64,000 nt of DNA from Cycas panzhihuaensis (lineage: Eukaryota > Plantae > Cycadophyta): the NCBI GenBank assembly GCA_023213395.1, contig CM041465.1, positions 158,417,741-158,481,740 on the forward strand, read 5' to 3'. This document shows, one piece after another, positions 38,273 through 52,178 of the stretch; within the stretch, counting starts at the first letter, position 1; the number at the start of each line of letters is the position of its first letter. The position numbers and the translations under genes are program-made. The notes below the pieces were generated by a model. That model did no database searches, was not told the origin of the DNA, and saw only the letters and a list, made by a program, of their open reading frames with translations.

Positions 38273-41200
38273 TGACTAACATTTAATGTTAGTTAACCTA
38301 ACATTAAGATACAATGACTAACATAAGTAACTAACATAAAGTTAAAATCTCTAATATAATGTTACATGTACTAGTACAACACAGGAGATGACATTATATT
38401 CTAACATCCCCTCTTAATGTCAACTCTTGGATGTAACTCCCACCTTGTCCCGTAGATACACAAATTTATCTTTGACCAAAAGCTTGGTGAATATGCTTGC
38501 AAGTTGTTCTTCACTTGGCAGTACACCGATTCCACTTCCTTTTTGTCCACTTTCTCTCTAATGAAGTGATGGTGTACTTGGATGTGCTTGGTTCTGGTGT
38601 CTAAGACAGGATATTTTATCATCTAGATAGCACTTTGATTGTCACAGTTGATCTGACTTGGGTCAAGTTGTGAGTGATTGAGCTCCTCCAAGATTCTTCT
38701 GAGCCAGATGGCTTCACAGGTAGCTTGAACTGCAACTTGATACTTAGCCTCTGTTGTGGACAATGAGATTGTTGATTGCTTCTTTGTTTTCCATGAAATA
38801 ATTTAGCTACCGAGACTAAAGCAATATCCAGTTGTGGATTTTCTATTATCTAGACCACCTACTCGGTCGGAATTAGAATGTCTAGATAGAAATCCAGAGG
38901 ACATTTTATTGCATAGGATTCCATGATACTTTGTCCCCTAAATGTATCGAAGTATGCGTTTGGCAACTTTCAAGTGTGATTCCTTGGGTGAAGACATGTA
39001 TCTAGACACAATTCCCACAGCATGGGCAATATCAGGCCTAGTAGACGTAAGATAGATTATATTGCCCACCAATTTTCAATACGGAGTTGCATCTACTAGT
39101 GTACCATCTTGACTAGATGTTAGCATTGTACTGGTACACATAGGGGTAGGAGCTGCTTTGCAGTTTGTCATGTTAAATTCTTCTAAGATTCTTGCAACAT
39201 ATTTGGACTGGCACATAAAAATTCCATTGTCTTGATGATGGATTTCAATTCCCAAGTGGTAGTGTAATCAGCCTAGGTCGGTCATTTCAAACTCTTTGGA
39301 TAGTTGATGATGCAAAGAGTTGATCCAATCAGAGTCATCACCCATTATTATTAAATCATCCACATACGCTACTAGGATTAAGATCAACTTGTCTTCGTTG
39401 ATCTGAACATAAAGACTATGTTCTGATTCACACCTTGACATTCCTGCATTCCTGATATATGTATCAATTTTTTAGTACTAAGATCCAGGTGCTTATTTTA
39501 GACCATACAGGGTGCACACAAGGTGCTCTTGTTTGGGTTCAACATATCCTAGTGGTTCTTGCATGAATACCTCCTCTTACAGGTCCCCATTTAAAAAGGC
39601 TCCTTTAATATCCATTTGGTAAACAGGCTAGTTGTGTTGAGCCACAAGAGCCAAGATAGTTCTAATGGTGATCATTTTGTTGACCGGAGCATAAGTTTCA
39701 TCATAATCAACTCCTTGTGTTTGAGTGAATTCTTTGGCTAACAGGACGAGCTTTATATTTTTCGATGTTGCCGTTAGCTTTTTCTTTGATCTTGTAAAGC
39801 CATCGGCATCCCACAATAGGTTTGTCTGACGGTGGTGTCACCAAGTCCCAAGTTTGTTCTTAATAATTGAAGCCATTTCTTCATCCATTGCCAGCTTCTA
39901 GTTGGGATTTTCTCGAACTTGTTAAGGTGTGATGTCAACTCCAATAACAAGAGCAAAGTAAGTTCTTCCCCTTGTGCTTCTTCCTACTCGTAGATTACCA
40001 AGCTCAATCTTGGATTCCTCCACTACTTTGAAATACCATTAAGGGACCCTTTTGGTTGGGTTGATGATTGATTATCTTGATTGCTTGAAATTGAAGAGGA
40101 GGAGGCAGTCTCACCATTGCTTTGATTCCATGTTTCATGCTGATTTTCTAGAGTGGAGTTATATCCTAGTGGATGATGTAGATTTCGCATGATCATTGGA
40201 AGTGATATTCCCCTTAAAGGAATCTGATGCCTCATCAAAATAGACATCTCTGCTTGGATATACCTTGTCAATCAATGGATCCAAACATCTGTAGGCTTTG
40301 GAGACTTCACTATAGCCTTCCAGAATGCATCTCTTGCTCTTGTCATCCAATTTCTTTCTTTTTTCAACTGGGATGTGAATGTATATAGTAGACCCCAAAA
40401 TTCGAAGGTGTGACACATCGGGCTTCTTACCAGACCAAACTTCTTTTGGAGTCACATTTTCTAGAGCCTTAGAAGAGCTTCTATTAAGAAGATACATCAC
40501 AGTATTTGCAGCTTGAGCCCAATATTTGTTGGGGACATTCTTTTCTTTTAGGAGGGATTGAGCCATCTTTGTTATAGTCATGTTCTTCCTTTCAACCACT
40601 CCATTAGATTGAGGGCTATATGGAGTGGTCAATTATCTTTGAATTCCATGTTTCTTGCAAAATTCCTTGAATTCACTGGAAGTAAATTCTCCTCCATTGT
40701 CAATCCTCACACATTTAATGCGGCATTCACTTTCATTTTCAACTTTGGCTTTAAAATTTTGAAATACACCTAATACATCAAATTTTAACTTGAGAAAGTA
40801 AATCCATACTTTTCTAGAGTAGTCGTCTATAAATGTGAGGAAGTATCCAGCTCCTTGAACAGAGGGTGGAGTGAAAGGTCCACATAGATCATTGTGTATC
40901 ATTTGAAGTTTGTGTCTAGCTCTTACTGTGCTTGGATTAAATTGTAACCTGCGTTGTTTTCCTATCATACATACATCACAAACAGTGCTAGGTTTTTTAT
41001 CCAAGGCAATCTTTTACCATGTCATATTTGCTTAAATTCGACAAAGCATCATAAGGAGGTGCCCATACCACAAGTGCCACAGTTTTTCATTATCAAAAGG
41101 AAAAGATACATTCAGAGCTGAGTGAGTTGGTGAGGCCAAAAATTTGTACAATCCTTTAGTTTTGAGGCCTTCACCAATCACTTCGTTGTTTTTGTATTTA

Positions 41201-42550
41201 TCAAAAATTATGCATTTGTCCCCATCAAAAAGAACATGAAGTTTATTATTAGTAAGCTAGGATACTAGGAGAAGATTCTTAGTCATCCCAAGTACATAAA
41301 AAACTTGCCCAACTTTCTCAAGATCTCTGTTAGGTAGGATAACTGGTACTGAGTATATCCCTTGATTGTTGTGCCTCGTATCATCTCCTAGTTCCATTAA
41401 CCCCAGGGCTGCAAGAGGTTTTAGTTAGTTGAACCAAGATCTTCTGTGAGTCATATGCCGTGATGCTCCAAAGTCAATGAACCAATCATCCTTGCTTTGA
41501 CTATCTAATGTAGATGAGAGAGCAATGATGAACGCAATTTCCTCTTCCTCCTGTCTTGGTTCGGATGTCTCCTCTGTTCCTGGTTGTCCTGAGTAACTAC
41601 CAGATACAATGGTCCCTCTTTCTATGTCAGCTTTTTTGTGGCGGCAGTTGATGGTGAAGTGACCAAATCTTCCGCAGTAGAAGCATATGCTTTATTGTTG
41701 GATTCTGCCCCCAAAGCATTGTTGCGAAGGTGCTCTGAAGGAGGATCGTCCCCTGATAGGACTGAAGCTAGTAGGACGACGTCTTCCTTGATATAAAGAT
41801 CTGCCTAAGCCTCTGTTTGGATTAAAGGTCCCTTAGTTGGTGATGCTTCTTCCACAAAGACTAACCTAGGTGGAAAAGGCATTCTCAAGGTCTCCTTCCA
41901 TGTTGACTTCAGTTTGTTCATAATGAAGCAGTTGACCACAAAAGGCATCAAAAGTTTTTTGTGCTATATCTGCAGCCATGAGGTATGAGGTAATGAACGG
42001 TTTGAATCTTGGAATCAGTTTATTCAGCGTCAGATCGATGAGTTCACCATTAGTGCAGGTGACTCACAGAAATGAGGTTTTCTTACATGCGTTTGAAGTG
42101 AGCCAAGAAGGAGGTAACACTTTCAAATTCAGTCATTTTGAGTACAACCATCTGATTCTTAAGGTGACGTGATGCAAGCAGCATTGTTTTGAGCATACAA
42201 GGTTTGAAGGGTGGTCCAGGCATCATGAGAAAAAGTAGCACTAGAGATATGTGGTAGAACGGAATTTGTGACCGACAGAGTTATGGCAGCAAGAGCGAGA
42301 CCTCTTTGTTCAAGAAAGATTCTTTTTTCTACAGGGTCTGTAGATCTTTGTTTAACACATTCCATTTGATCCCATGCTCCTATAGTAATGAGCATAGATC
42401 TCATTTTGATTCTTCAGGATTCATAGTTGTCACTAGTCAATTTCTCCAACTCTGTAAGCTGGAGGGTAGAAGCCATGATGATGGGTTGATCCTAACAATG
42501 CTAGACAAAGGATTACCTAGACTTGTAGGCCTATCAATAAATCTCAAGAT

Positions 42551-42886
42551 GAGATTCGGGACAGGTAGCTTCGTGGGGCTAACCGCTAACCACTACACTA
42601 CAAGTTTTCGACGGCAGGTCAAGGCTTCCTATTCTAGGATCAGATCAAGGGTCCTAAAGGCTCCTCCGATATACGTTTCAGTACGTGGAGGCTCAAATCC
42701 ATGAGCAGGTTCTGTCTGAGGCCTAGGTATTGGGTCCTTTCGGTTCCCCTCACTTCACGCGTTGGTTACAAACTCCCAATGCGCTTAACAAAGAACAATA
42801 GATCCATCATGATTATTATAGACCCCTAGAACAAGGTCCTTAGGGCTGGGAATGAGTAGGTGCCAAGCACGGTTATATACTTGTGA
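42551..42886 (-). promoter_or_regulatory. Conserved structured RNA element ~75 nt upstream of the Copia D gag AUG
   Basis: Reverse-complement homolog of 45750-46084; covarying stems and a GAAA tetraloop. Confidence 0.6.
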
Positions 42887-43424
42887 ACATACAAACAGAT
42901 CAGGGACATAGACTCCGAGACTTAATGAGTAGTAGGCTCACTTGACAAAATGTGTATATAAAAAAAGAAAAAAAAAAAACTTAATATAGAGTAAGATTGA
43001 GATAGTAAATTTTCTTAAACTAAGAAGAGTACCGTTGCACAGCCAAGTGTATAGATGACCATACAGCCCTGTTGTGAAGGCCAAAACATGAAGGTTCTCC
43101 AATCCAAACGAAACCGGACTCAAATGAAAGCCCTTGACATCCTCTGTCCAAATCTAGTCTCAATATGTTGATTGGAGTTGTGATTGCTAAGAAAAATAGC
43201 TTCAAAGTTCGGTATGGCAGCTAGGGTTTTTGCAAGTTTTTGCTCGTATTTTTCACAGTCACTTTATCAAAGAAAAGGTCCAAAATAAAGAAATAGAGCT
43301 ACAATATTGCAGTAGCAACGAACAGATTGCGAATATTTTTACAAAACCATTACTAAAGGATAAGTTTCAATATTTTAGAAACTTACTTGGAATGAAAAAG
43401 AAAGGATAAAACATTAAGGGAGGG

Positions 43425-43636
43425 TGTTAGGATGTTAATGTTTTATCCTAAAGAGTGTACATTATGAAACTAAAGGGGTTATGTGTCATTGTACCCTCTT
43501 TGTATTAGTCTAACACTTGCCACTTATGATGGGTACTTGTCATCTTTGTATAAATCAATTATGTTACACTACTTGTATAAATGAGAGAACATCTCTCTCA
43601 AAAAATCAATGAAGAAATGAGTTTTATTTTCTATCA
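43425..43636 (+). repeat. Copia C 3' LTR
   Basis: Follows the PPT; direct repeat of 27781-27990. Confidence 0.9.
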
Positions 43637-44817
43637 ACATCAACTAGAGATTATACAAGGTGGGTCGACAAAAGATTGGAAGTCCTCAAAACAAATTTGA
43701 GTTAAATTGGTCAGCCCATTTTGGGTCCTAAGACATATTAGTCAGTATTCATGTATAGTCATTTAGTTGTGTAACATTGTCTTCTTGTATCAAGATGAAC
43801 AAGGCAATCCTTTAAACACGTGGCACAACTTCATATATCAAGAGTACAAATCATTCTTTGCCAATGGACAAGTCATGCAATTCTCATAAACCTATGTCTA
43901 CAACTATTGTCTCATTTTTCCTTCTGCCTTACCTAACATGTGCTTATTAACTTTGAAATATTGTTGCTAGGGAATCAACCTACCCTGGAAACCCATGGCA
44001 AAAACCACTTTCAATTGATAATAAGATTTCATATATTCATTATGCCTTAGCTCTCTTTCTCCCTATTTTGTTTACATGTAAATATCAATCCACACAACAC
44101 AATGAAGGGGTAGAATCACAATATATCATCAAAAGGCTATCATCAACTGAAGCTCTCCCACAACCTCATTCAATGATAAAAGAAGATACAAAATTGTACT
44201 CATCCAAATGATGATTTACAGCACTCAACATAGATTTATATTATATTTTCCAATTCGGTTCCCAATAGGTGTGAACGTAGTTGCAACTCTCCCTATTAAC
44301 CTATTCAGTATCAAGTCATCAACCATGCAATCATATCATTAGTTATAATTAAGCATACAGTTCATTAATAGCCAATAGAGCATTAAAACACAAACACAAT
44401 AGAAATGTTCTCTATTAATACATTTTATTGCATCTGTACACTGCTCTCAAGTACATCCACTCTCCCCAACAGCGCATAGAGAAGTTAATGCTTACAGTGT
44501 AAGTAGAGTGCTTTCTTACAAGAAACCATGAGAGAGGTGTGTTCCCAACTATCCTTTATCTTCTAACTCTTTCAAAAATGCCCTTTAATCTTTTATTTTA
44601 TTCATTACAATTGTCATGCAGTTATGTAACTGAATCATAACCATGTGGCCAGAGCATCTTTCAATCAGCCAACCAATTAATGCATCAACTCACCAACCAA
44701 GTTAACTACAAACTTAGACAACCAAGATCTCTCGCAGACTTGAAGTGTGCTCCAACCCAAAATACTAAAATATACACTTAACCAACATCTATCCCTATAT
44801 ACAAACTTGCAAAATAG

Positions 44818-46084
44818 TGTTAGAAAATAATGTCTTATCCTTTGTATATTAGTGTATTATAACTAATGACTTAACATTGTAAAGTCATGTAACATAAGTG
44901 TAACATATTATGTCTATATTGCCTCTAACCCTAATGGATCTTTAGAGGCATCACGTATAAATATATATTGAGTCTATCTCAATATTCAAGGAAAGTTCAT
45001 TATTCTTTCATCAAGTGTTTGATTCTCTTGGGCTCTCTGATCCAACATGGCATCAGAGCAAGTTATTGATTAAGATTGTTCCGAAGAATTTTTTTGTACT
45101 ATCGTACGGACAGATCCGTACAATCGTACGACTAATTTTTCAACCTGCTCAGAATCGGCTAAAATTTGGCAGAAAAGTGTGTCTCACCCTCCTAAGTATT
45201 TCTCTCCAAAGGCTCAACATCAAATTCCAACTCGATTTGTGTAGATCTGAGAAAAACCAGCATGCGCCCATGTGGACCTTCTTCTACTCGGATCTTCTTG
45301 TATGGTCATCAAATCAGGCCGAATCAGGTATCAAATTAAAGCTCTCGACGAGATCTTTACAATGATTTAAGATTTTTCACCGTTCATCGCTCATGTGAAG
45401 AGCATCGAAGAAAAAACGAAGAAAACCTTAGCCGTTGCCCAAGATTTCGACTACAACTTTCTTCTCACTAAAGCATCAAATTGAAAATCCGATCGCATAT
45501 TTGGATTCCTCGTCTCGAGATCTCTTTTGACACCAGTTTTGTTAGCTTTCGTAAAAGTTGATTTTTGGCCTCATTTAATGCTCCTTATAACAATCTGTAC
45601 AGCCTCCAGTTGCTGATTTCTTTTCAGGAAAGAACTCCTTGACTCCTAGCTGTTTTTCTTATTTTCTATTCAAAGTTATTATTTTCTTTGAAAAAAAAAA
45701 TCAGTGTATTGCACTCTCTTTCATCTGCTTCTATCAATTCTTGTTCTTTCCACGGGTAGATAACACTGCTTGGCAGCTACCCGTTCCTAGCCTTAAGAGA
45801 CCCTGTTCCGAGGGTCTATAATAATCACAATAGATTTGTTATTCATGGCTAAGCTCGTTGGCAACTTGTAACCAACGAGTGAAGTTAGGGGAACCGAAAG
45901 GACCCAAACCCAGGCCTCAGACAGAACCCACTCACAGATTTGAGCCTCCACGTACCGAAAGGTATATAGAGGGACCCTATAGGACCTTAAGCCCATCCTA
46001 GATTAGTGAGTCCTGATCAATCGCCAAAGCCTCGCAGTGCAATGGTTAGCGGTTAGTGCCACAAAGCTACCTGTCCCGAATCTC
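44818..46084 (+). mobile_element. Copia F fragment: 5' LTR (44818-45047), Met PBS and 5' UTR, truncated before gag
   Basis: TGTTAG..ccaaCA, then tggcatcagagc 45048-45059. The UTR ends in the structured element shared with Copia D. Confidence 0.8.
45750..46084 (+). promoter_or_regulatory. Conserved structured RNA element in the Copia F 5' UTR
   Basis: Stems agaccct/agggtct, ctcgttgg/ccaacgag, cc-GAAA-gg and tacc-GAAA-ggta; homologous to 42551-42886. Confidence 0.6.
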
Positions 46085-47425
46085 TTTTATATGAGAGAAT
46101 TTCTCTCCCTCATTAATGCAAGGAAATATCTTCTTCTATTTATTTTGTTTTAACATGGTATCAGAGCAAGCTTGTTAAAGCCTAGTAGAGAACTGCTTGA
46201 GTTTTTCCTTTTTTTTTTTTTTTTGGAAAACTTCTACAGGCATCTTAGAAGATTTTGTTGAATTTATGGAAGAAGATATTTGAGGCCCAAGTTAATTGCA
46301 AGAAAGATACATTTGTGCATTAATTGCAAGGTGCTATATAGAACCATACAGACTACAAAATTCAAAGCGCTTAGAATTTAATGAAATTTCACTGGTAAAT
46401 TCACCTTTGTGAGGAGAGTTTGCTATTCTAAAGAATCATCTCCAAATTCAGCTTCGTTTGGCAGAAAATCATCATTTTACAGGAGTGCAAGTTTGAGATT
46501 TCAAGCACAGTTTTCACTCATTTCTCTTTGTTTTAAGAGCTAAAATCTAATTCAAAGTCTTCATCAAGACATTATCTTCATTCAAGTATAAGTTTGTTAG
46601 ATTTGATTTAGAAGTTGTGAAAATACAAGCCCTTTTTGGATTGAAACCCTAATCGGTCGTACACCTTTCGAGGTTGTTTCTAAGCAAACCAAAAGTCCAA
46701 TAAAAAAAAAAACTTCAAATCTGAGTAAAGCATGTTAATCTTTCTTTTGAGTATATTTTTTTAAGATCCCATATGCCTGTACTTTTCCATACTTTTCTGT
46801 ACAATCATACAATCATACGACCAAGTTCTATGTTTTCTTTGCCTCTAATAAATTCACTTAGATTACACTTCAAAATTTTCAAAATGGGCTCAGGATATTC
46901 CCTCAGTGATTTTGACAAACTAACAGAACAAAACTATAATGCCTGGAAATTAAAAATGAAGGGTCTTTTAGTCACAAAACATGTCTAGAATATTATTATT
47001 GGAAAGGAAACCAAACCAACAGATATTGTTGATTTGATCGGTTGGGAGGAAAGAGACAAGGATGCTCATGTTGATATCATGTTGTCTGTAGGAGACTCAC
47101 TGCTGAGTCACATTAGTGAAGTTGACACATATGTTGATGCTTGGAAAATTTTGGCCTCTCACTATAGTCAAAAAAATGAAGCATGTATAATCTCCCTTAG
47201 AGAATAACTATAAAAAACTCCAATTAAAGGAAGGAGAATCCATTACAAATTTCATTTACAAAATAGTAAAAGTCAAGAACAATTTAGCCTCTATAGGAGA
47301 AACTGTGTCTGACCCATAAATTATCCACCTGACTCCTAATAAACTTCTAAAATCCTTTGATACTATGGTAAATACTCTTACTATTGGTGGACATGCTACT
47401 AATATGACTTTTGAAACCTTGACTA

Positions 47426-47969
47426 TGTGAAATTGGCCTAATGGCCTTACAATCCCAAGATCTAGAAGCTAGGTTCACTCTAGTTCTAGAAAGTAACAAA
47501 TGCTAAACAAGTATGAAACTCTAAGATGAAACATAAGAAAGATAAAGCATGAAAAGAAGGAGCAAGAAAATGATACCAAAGATGAGGACTTGGAATTGGT
47601 CCAACCTCCAAATGAATAACAGTTTGATTAGCAAACTGGCAGCATAACAATACAGCTTCAACTCTCTATATAAGAACAATGAAGAGAGGTCTCATTATAT
47701 AGAGTGAAACGAGAGACCTAAGGCATTGGATGTTTGACAAGTGTCAAACATCCAAGGTACATGCCTTGCATGTAGGACATGTGTCCTTTTAGGGCTCTCA
47801 AGTGAGCAAACGTGCATGGGGGTCCATAGTGACAATGTTGTGTCACTAGAAAAGAATGTGGGTGTGCACTTTATCACTTAAGTGATAAGTCACCCCTAAA
47901 GTACAAAACTACAAATATTACATGAAAAATAAAGTACATAGTCTTAACATGTAAACATAAGGTTTAACA
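47426..47969 (-). repeat. Copia G 3' LTR
   Basis: Direct repeat of 54485-55039 with a ~10-bp deletion. Confidence 0.93.
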
Positions 47970-50900
47970 CCCCCCCTTACTGTTTACAATGTTAAGTCAG
48001 ACCCCTAGACCATCTCTAAATTTTACAAATTTCTCTCTACCAAGTGGCTTGGTAAAGATATCTATTGTCTATTGTTCTGTTGGTCGATATTGAAGGTTGA
48101 TCTCACCACTTTGCGCATGCTCTCTAATGATGTGATGATGAAACTCAATATATTTGGTCCTTGCATGAAAAACAGGATTTTTGGCCAGTTTGAGCACACT
48201 TTGATTGTTGCAATAGATTCTGGTGGGATGATCCTGCTCAAATCCAAGTTCCCCAAGAATCCGTCGTAGCTAGATAGCCTCACAAACTACGCTGACTACA
48301 GCGTTGTGTTCTTCTTCAGTGGAGGACAAGGTAACATTGAGTTGCTTTTTGCAACTCCACGAAACAATTGCTAAACCAAGGGTAAAACAGTAACCCGAGG
48401 TTGATCTCCTACTATCCTGGCAACCTGCCCAATCAAAATCTGAGAACCCTTTCAGAGTGAAGTTCTCATCATGTGCATATTCAAGGCCATGCTGCAATGT
48501 GCCTTTGATGTATTTAAGTATGCGTTTAGCTGCATTCCAATGTTTCTGATTGGGTTGAGACACGCATCGTGAACAAATTCCAACTGCAAATGAAATATCT
48601 GGTCGAGTGTTGGTGAGATAAATGAGGCTACCAATCAACTGCCAGTAAAGAGTGGGATCTGTCGGTGTAGCTTCCTCATTGAGAGTAAGCTTAGTGCCAT
48701 TCTCCATTGGTGTAGGCGTTGGTTTGCAGTCGTGCATCCTCAACCGCTGCACAATGTCCCAAGAATATTTCGCTTGGGAGATGAAGATATAGCCTGGCTG
48801 TTGCCATACCTCAAGGCCTAAGAAATAATGAAGAAGTCCAAGATCTGTCATCTCGAAACTTCTCTTTAAGTCATCCTGGAGAATGTTTATCATCTTAGTG
48901 TCATTGCCAGTGATCACTAAGTCATCTACATACAAGACAATAAAGATGGCATGGTTCTTTTCACGTTTGATGTATAGGTTAGGGTCTGAAGTGGATCGAT
49001 GAAACCCATGTCTCATGAAGTAATCATCTATCTTTGAGTACCATGCTCTTGGAGCTTGTTTCAAGCCATATAATGCCTTTTTTAGGCGACATACTAAATG
49101 CTCATTGCCTTGTACCTTGTAACCAAGAGATTGCTCCAAGTATACCTCCTCTTGAAGATCGCCATTAAGAAAGGCGATCTTCACGTCCATCTGAAAGACT
49201 GGCCATTTGCATTGAGCAGCTAAGGCCAAGATGAGTCTGATGGTATTCATATTTGCCACTAGTGCAAAAGTCTCCTTGTAGTCTATACCTTCCTTTTGTT
49301 TGAATCCTTTTGCCACAAGGCGAGCCTTCTGCCGCTTAAGTGTACCATCAGAATGGAATTTGGTCTTGTAGACCCATTTGCAACTGATTGCCTGTTTGTG
49401 TTTAGGCAATTCGACCAAATCCCAAGTACCATTATTTTCAATAGAATGGATTTCTTCATCCATGGCAGCCTTCCAATTTTCGTTTTTAGAAGCCTCCTCA
49501 AAGGTGGAAGGCTCATCAACACATAGCACTTCAGCTATAAGTGCATAATTGGTCTGTTGTCTGTATTTTGATGGACGTTTTCCTTTAATAATGTGGTTGT
49601 CCTATACTATTTGAGTATACCATTTTGGTAACTTTTGAATTGAAGTGACTTGAACCTCAAGATCTTCTGGTCTAAGTGGTTGATCAACAGAAGATGTGCT
49701 AGGATCAAGTGGAGCTAAATCAGATGATGTGGACGATCTAGCAGGTGCAGATGATGTACATGGAGTAGAAGATTGAGAGGGAAGGAAAGCATCAACAATC
49801 TTCTTGCCTTTGTCAATGGAGGGTTGCATGGATACTGTTTGCAACTCCTTATGATCGTCTTTAGCAAAGATTACATCTCTTGAGAGATGCATTTTCTTCC
49901 CAATGGGATCATACAACTTGTAGGCTTTGCTATGAATGGCATAACCTACAAAGATGCATTTTAAACTATGCTTGTCTAATTTTGTTCTTTGCTGGTCGGG
50001 GATGTGCATATAAGCAGTGCACTCAAAAGTCCTCAAATGGCTAACAATTGGCTTTTTGCTAGACCATGCCTCCTCGGGTGTGATATCGGTGACTGTTGTA
50101 GTTGGACTTCGATTGGCCACATAGGCAGCTGTGTAGAATGCCTCTGCGCAGTAAGCTCGAGTGAGTCCTTGTGCATGCATCATTGCTTTGGCTTTATTAG
50201 CTAAAGTTCTGTTCATTCTTTCAGAGACTCCATTTTGTTGAGGAGTGTGAGGAATAGTCAGCTGTCTCCGAATGCCATTATCCTTGCAGAATTGGGTGAA
50301 TTCATTTGAAGTAAATTCACCTCCATTGTCTGTCCTTAATATTTTGATAGAGTGGCCAGACTCGTTCTCCACTTCAAGCTTGAATTCTTTGAATTTTGAA
50401 AAAGATTCAGACTTGTGCTTGATGAAGTAGACACAAACTTTATGAGAAAAGTCATCAATGAAGGAGATGTAGTACAAAGCTCCTCCAAAAGATGCGGTGG
50501 ACATAGGTCCACACCAATTTGAGTGTACCAGCTGCAAAGGATGTGATGCACGCCAAGCTTTACCTTTAGGGAAAGGCAAGCGATGTTATGTCCCCATTAT
50601 GCATGCTTCACAAAGACATCTTGTGCCATATATCTTTGGAAGCCCATGTACCATATTTTTATTCACCATCTGCTTAAGATTGTCTAAGCTCAAATGGCCT
50701 AGACGTTGATGCCACAGTTGCATCTTGGGCAAGGTTTGAGTGACAATAGAACGAGAGTAAGCAGAATCAAGTGTTATGTTATTAGCATCCAATTTGTAGA
50801 GGCCATGATCCTGATATCCAACAGCTACTACTTGGCCATCTTTGTCACTTATTACACATTTCCCATTCTTGAACAAAATGCTCATCTGTTGGTTGTCCAA

Positions 50901-52160
50901 TTTGCTAACAGATAGCAAGCTCTTGTCCATAGAAGGTATAAAGTAGGCATTGCCACTGGGAAATGAAGAGGAAGGATTGGAAGAAGAATGAAATGGAGCT
51001 ATTGTGCCTATGCCAGAAATCTTGACAGATTGATTGTTGCCGAAGGTCACAGATTGACCTTTTCCTTCCTTGATGTCGCAAAGGAGTTCTTCACTCCTAG
51101 TCATGTGTTGAGTAGCTCCAGAGTCAATGATCCAAGTTTGAACAACCTTGGATGAATGATAAGCACAAAACAGTTTGTCCTCATTTGCAAACTGATTGAA
51201 GTTGCGTTGATTGCCACCTCTAAAACCCCCCCTTCCTCTTTGACCTCCTCGATAGGCACCTCGATTTGGTCGAGGGGGTTGTTGCTGGAATCTTTGTTGG
51301 AATTACTGCCGTGGCTGTTGCTGTCTCTAACTTTGTTGACGTGGTTGCTGCTGTTGTTGTCGTAGATCTGCTTGCTTCTTCCTACAATCAGGTGCTATGT
51401 GGCCAGCTTTGCCACAATAATGACAAACAACATTGGTCTTTAAGGAACCAATGTTCATGTTCCCAAACTGCTTTGAAAGTGTAGGTTTGGGATTCTGCTT
51501 AGCCTTTGATTTGGCCGTGAATGCACCTGATGTAGATGGTTCGTCCTCATTATCCTTGGTGTAAATTTGCTCTTCTTGAAGTAACAAGCTTTCAAGTTAA
51601 TTAAATGACATTCGTTTGAGTGAACCATCTCATGTAGTGGAAGAAATAAAGCCATTGTAGTCCTTAGGCAAAGCTTTGGTAATTGATGTTATAAGCTCAT
51701 CTCTAGTGGCAAGACTACCTAGTGTATTCAATTCATTACATACCTCCTTGATGGAGGAAAGAAAAGCCGACATAGGCTTAACAAATTTTATAAAATACAA
51801 CTTGACTTTTACCATCAATATGCGAGCTTCATCTCGCCTTTCATATAAAGAGGACAAAATGTCCCATGCTTCCTTGGAAGTTTTTGCACACACTATATTT
51901 TGATCTACATGAACAACAACAATTATATGTAGGAATGCCAAAGCGATTTCATCTTTGGCTTCCCAAGCAGCAACAAGAGCATCATCAGGTTGAATAGTTA
52001 CATCACCATTGATAATGTGCAGTTGGGGTATCCTTCCGGAAACATAACCCCAAAATTCATTCATTATCAAAAGATTTTGAGTGATCCTTTTCCATTCTTG
52101 ATAGTTGTCTTGTCCTGTTAATCTGATGGTGCATGCATTAAGCATGTTAATTGCAGCCAT
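47964..52160 (-). pseudogene. Copia G gag-pol polyprotein (~1398 codons in a single frame, several nonsense codons)
   Basis: ORFs 52160, 51587, 51104, 50579 and 49529 share one frame: gag, CCHC knuckle, WIIDSGATQHMT protease, GAG-pre-IN, integrase, RT (LYVDDLVITG), RNase H (GFSDFDWAG). Confidence 0.92.
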
Positions 52161-52178
52161 GTTTCAGTTGTAAGGCTT

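Larger units (their letters stand above)
31143..43255 (-). mobile_element. Copia D, 5'-truncated, nested in Copia C; its 3' LTR (31143-31268 + 38278-38406) is split by Copia E
   Basis: gag ATG 42476; PR ~41460; IN 41004-40159; RT ~39950-38900; RNase H to 38401; PPT complement tcccctctt 38407; no 5' LTR or PBS before the junction at ~43255. Confidence 0.88.
27781..43636 (+). mobile_element. Copia C (host of nested Copia D and E; RT and most of RNase H deleted)
   Basis: LTRs 27781-27990 and 43425-43636; TSD acata/acatc; PBS ttgtatcagagc 27991-28002; gag from ATG ~28677 with two zinc knuckles, PR, and IN to 31142; RNase H tail HFIKEKVQNKEIELQYC..IFTKPL resumes at ~43259; PPT aagggaggg. Confidence 0.9.

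Noticed and set aside
43738-43938. Possible solo LTR (tattag...cctaaca)
   Set aside because: No matching TSD, PBS, PPT or second copy in the window.
45750-46084. Group II intron domain V or hammerhead ribozyme
   Set aside because: No proper domain V helix (AGC triad with the paired ACGG-type 3' arm) and no CUGANGA..GAAA core found by eye. Kept only as a generic structured RNA.
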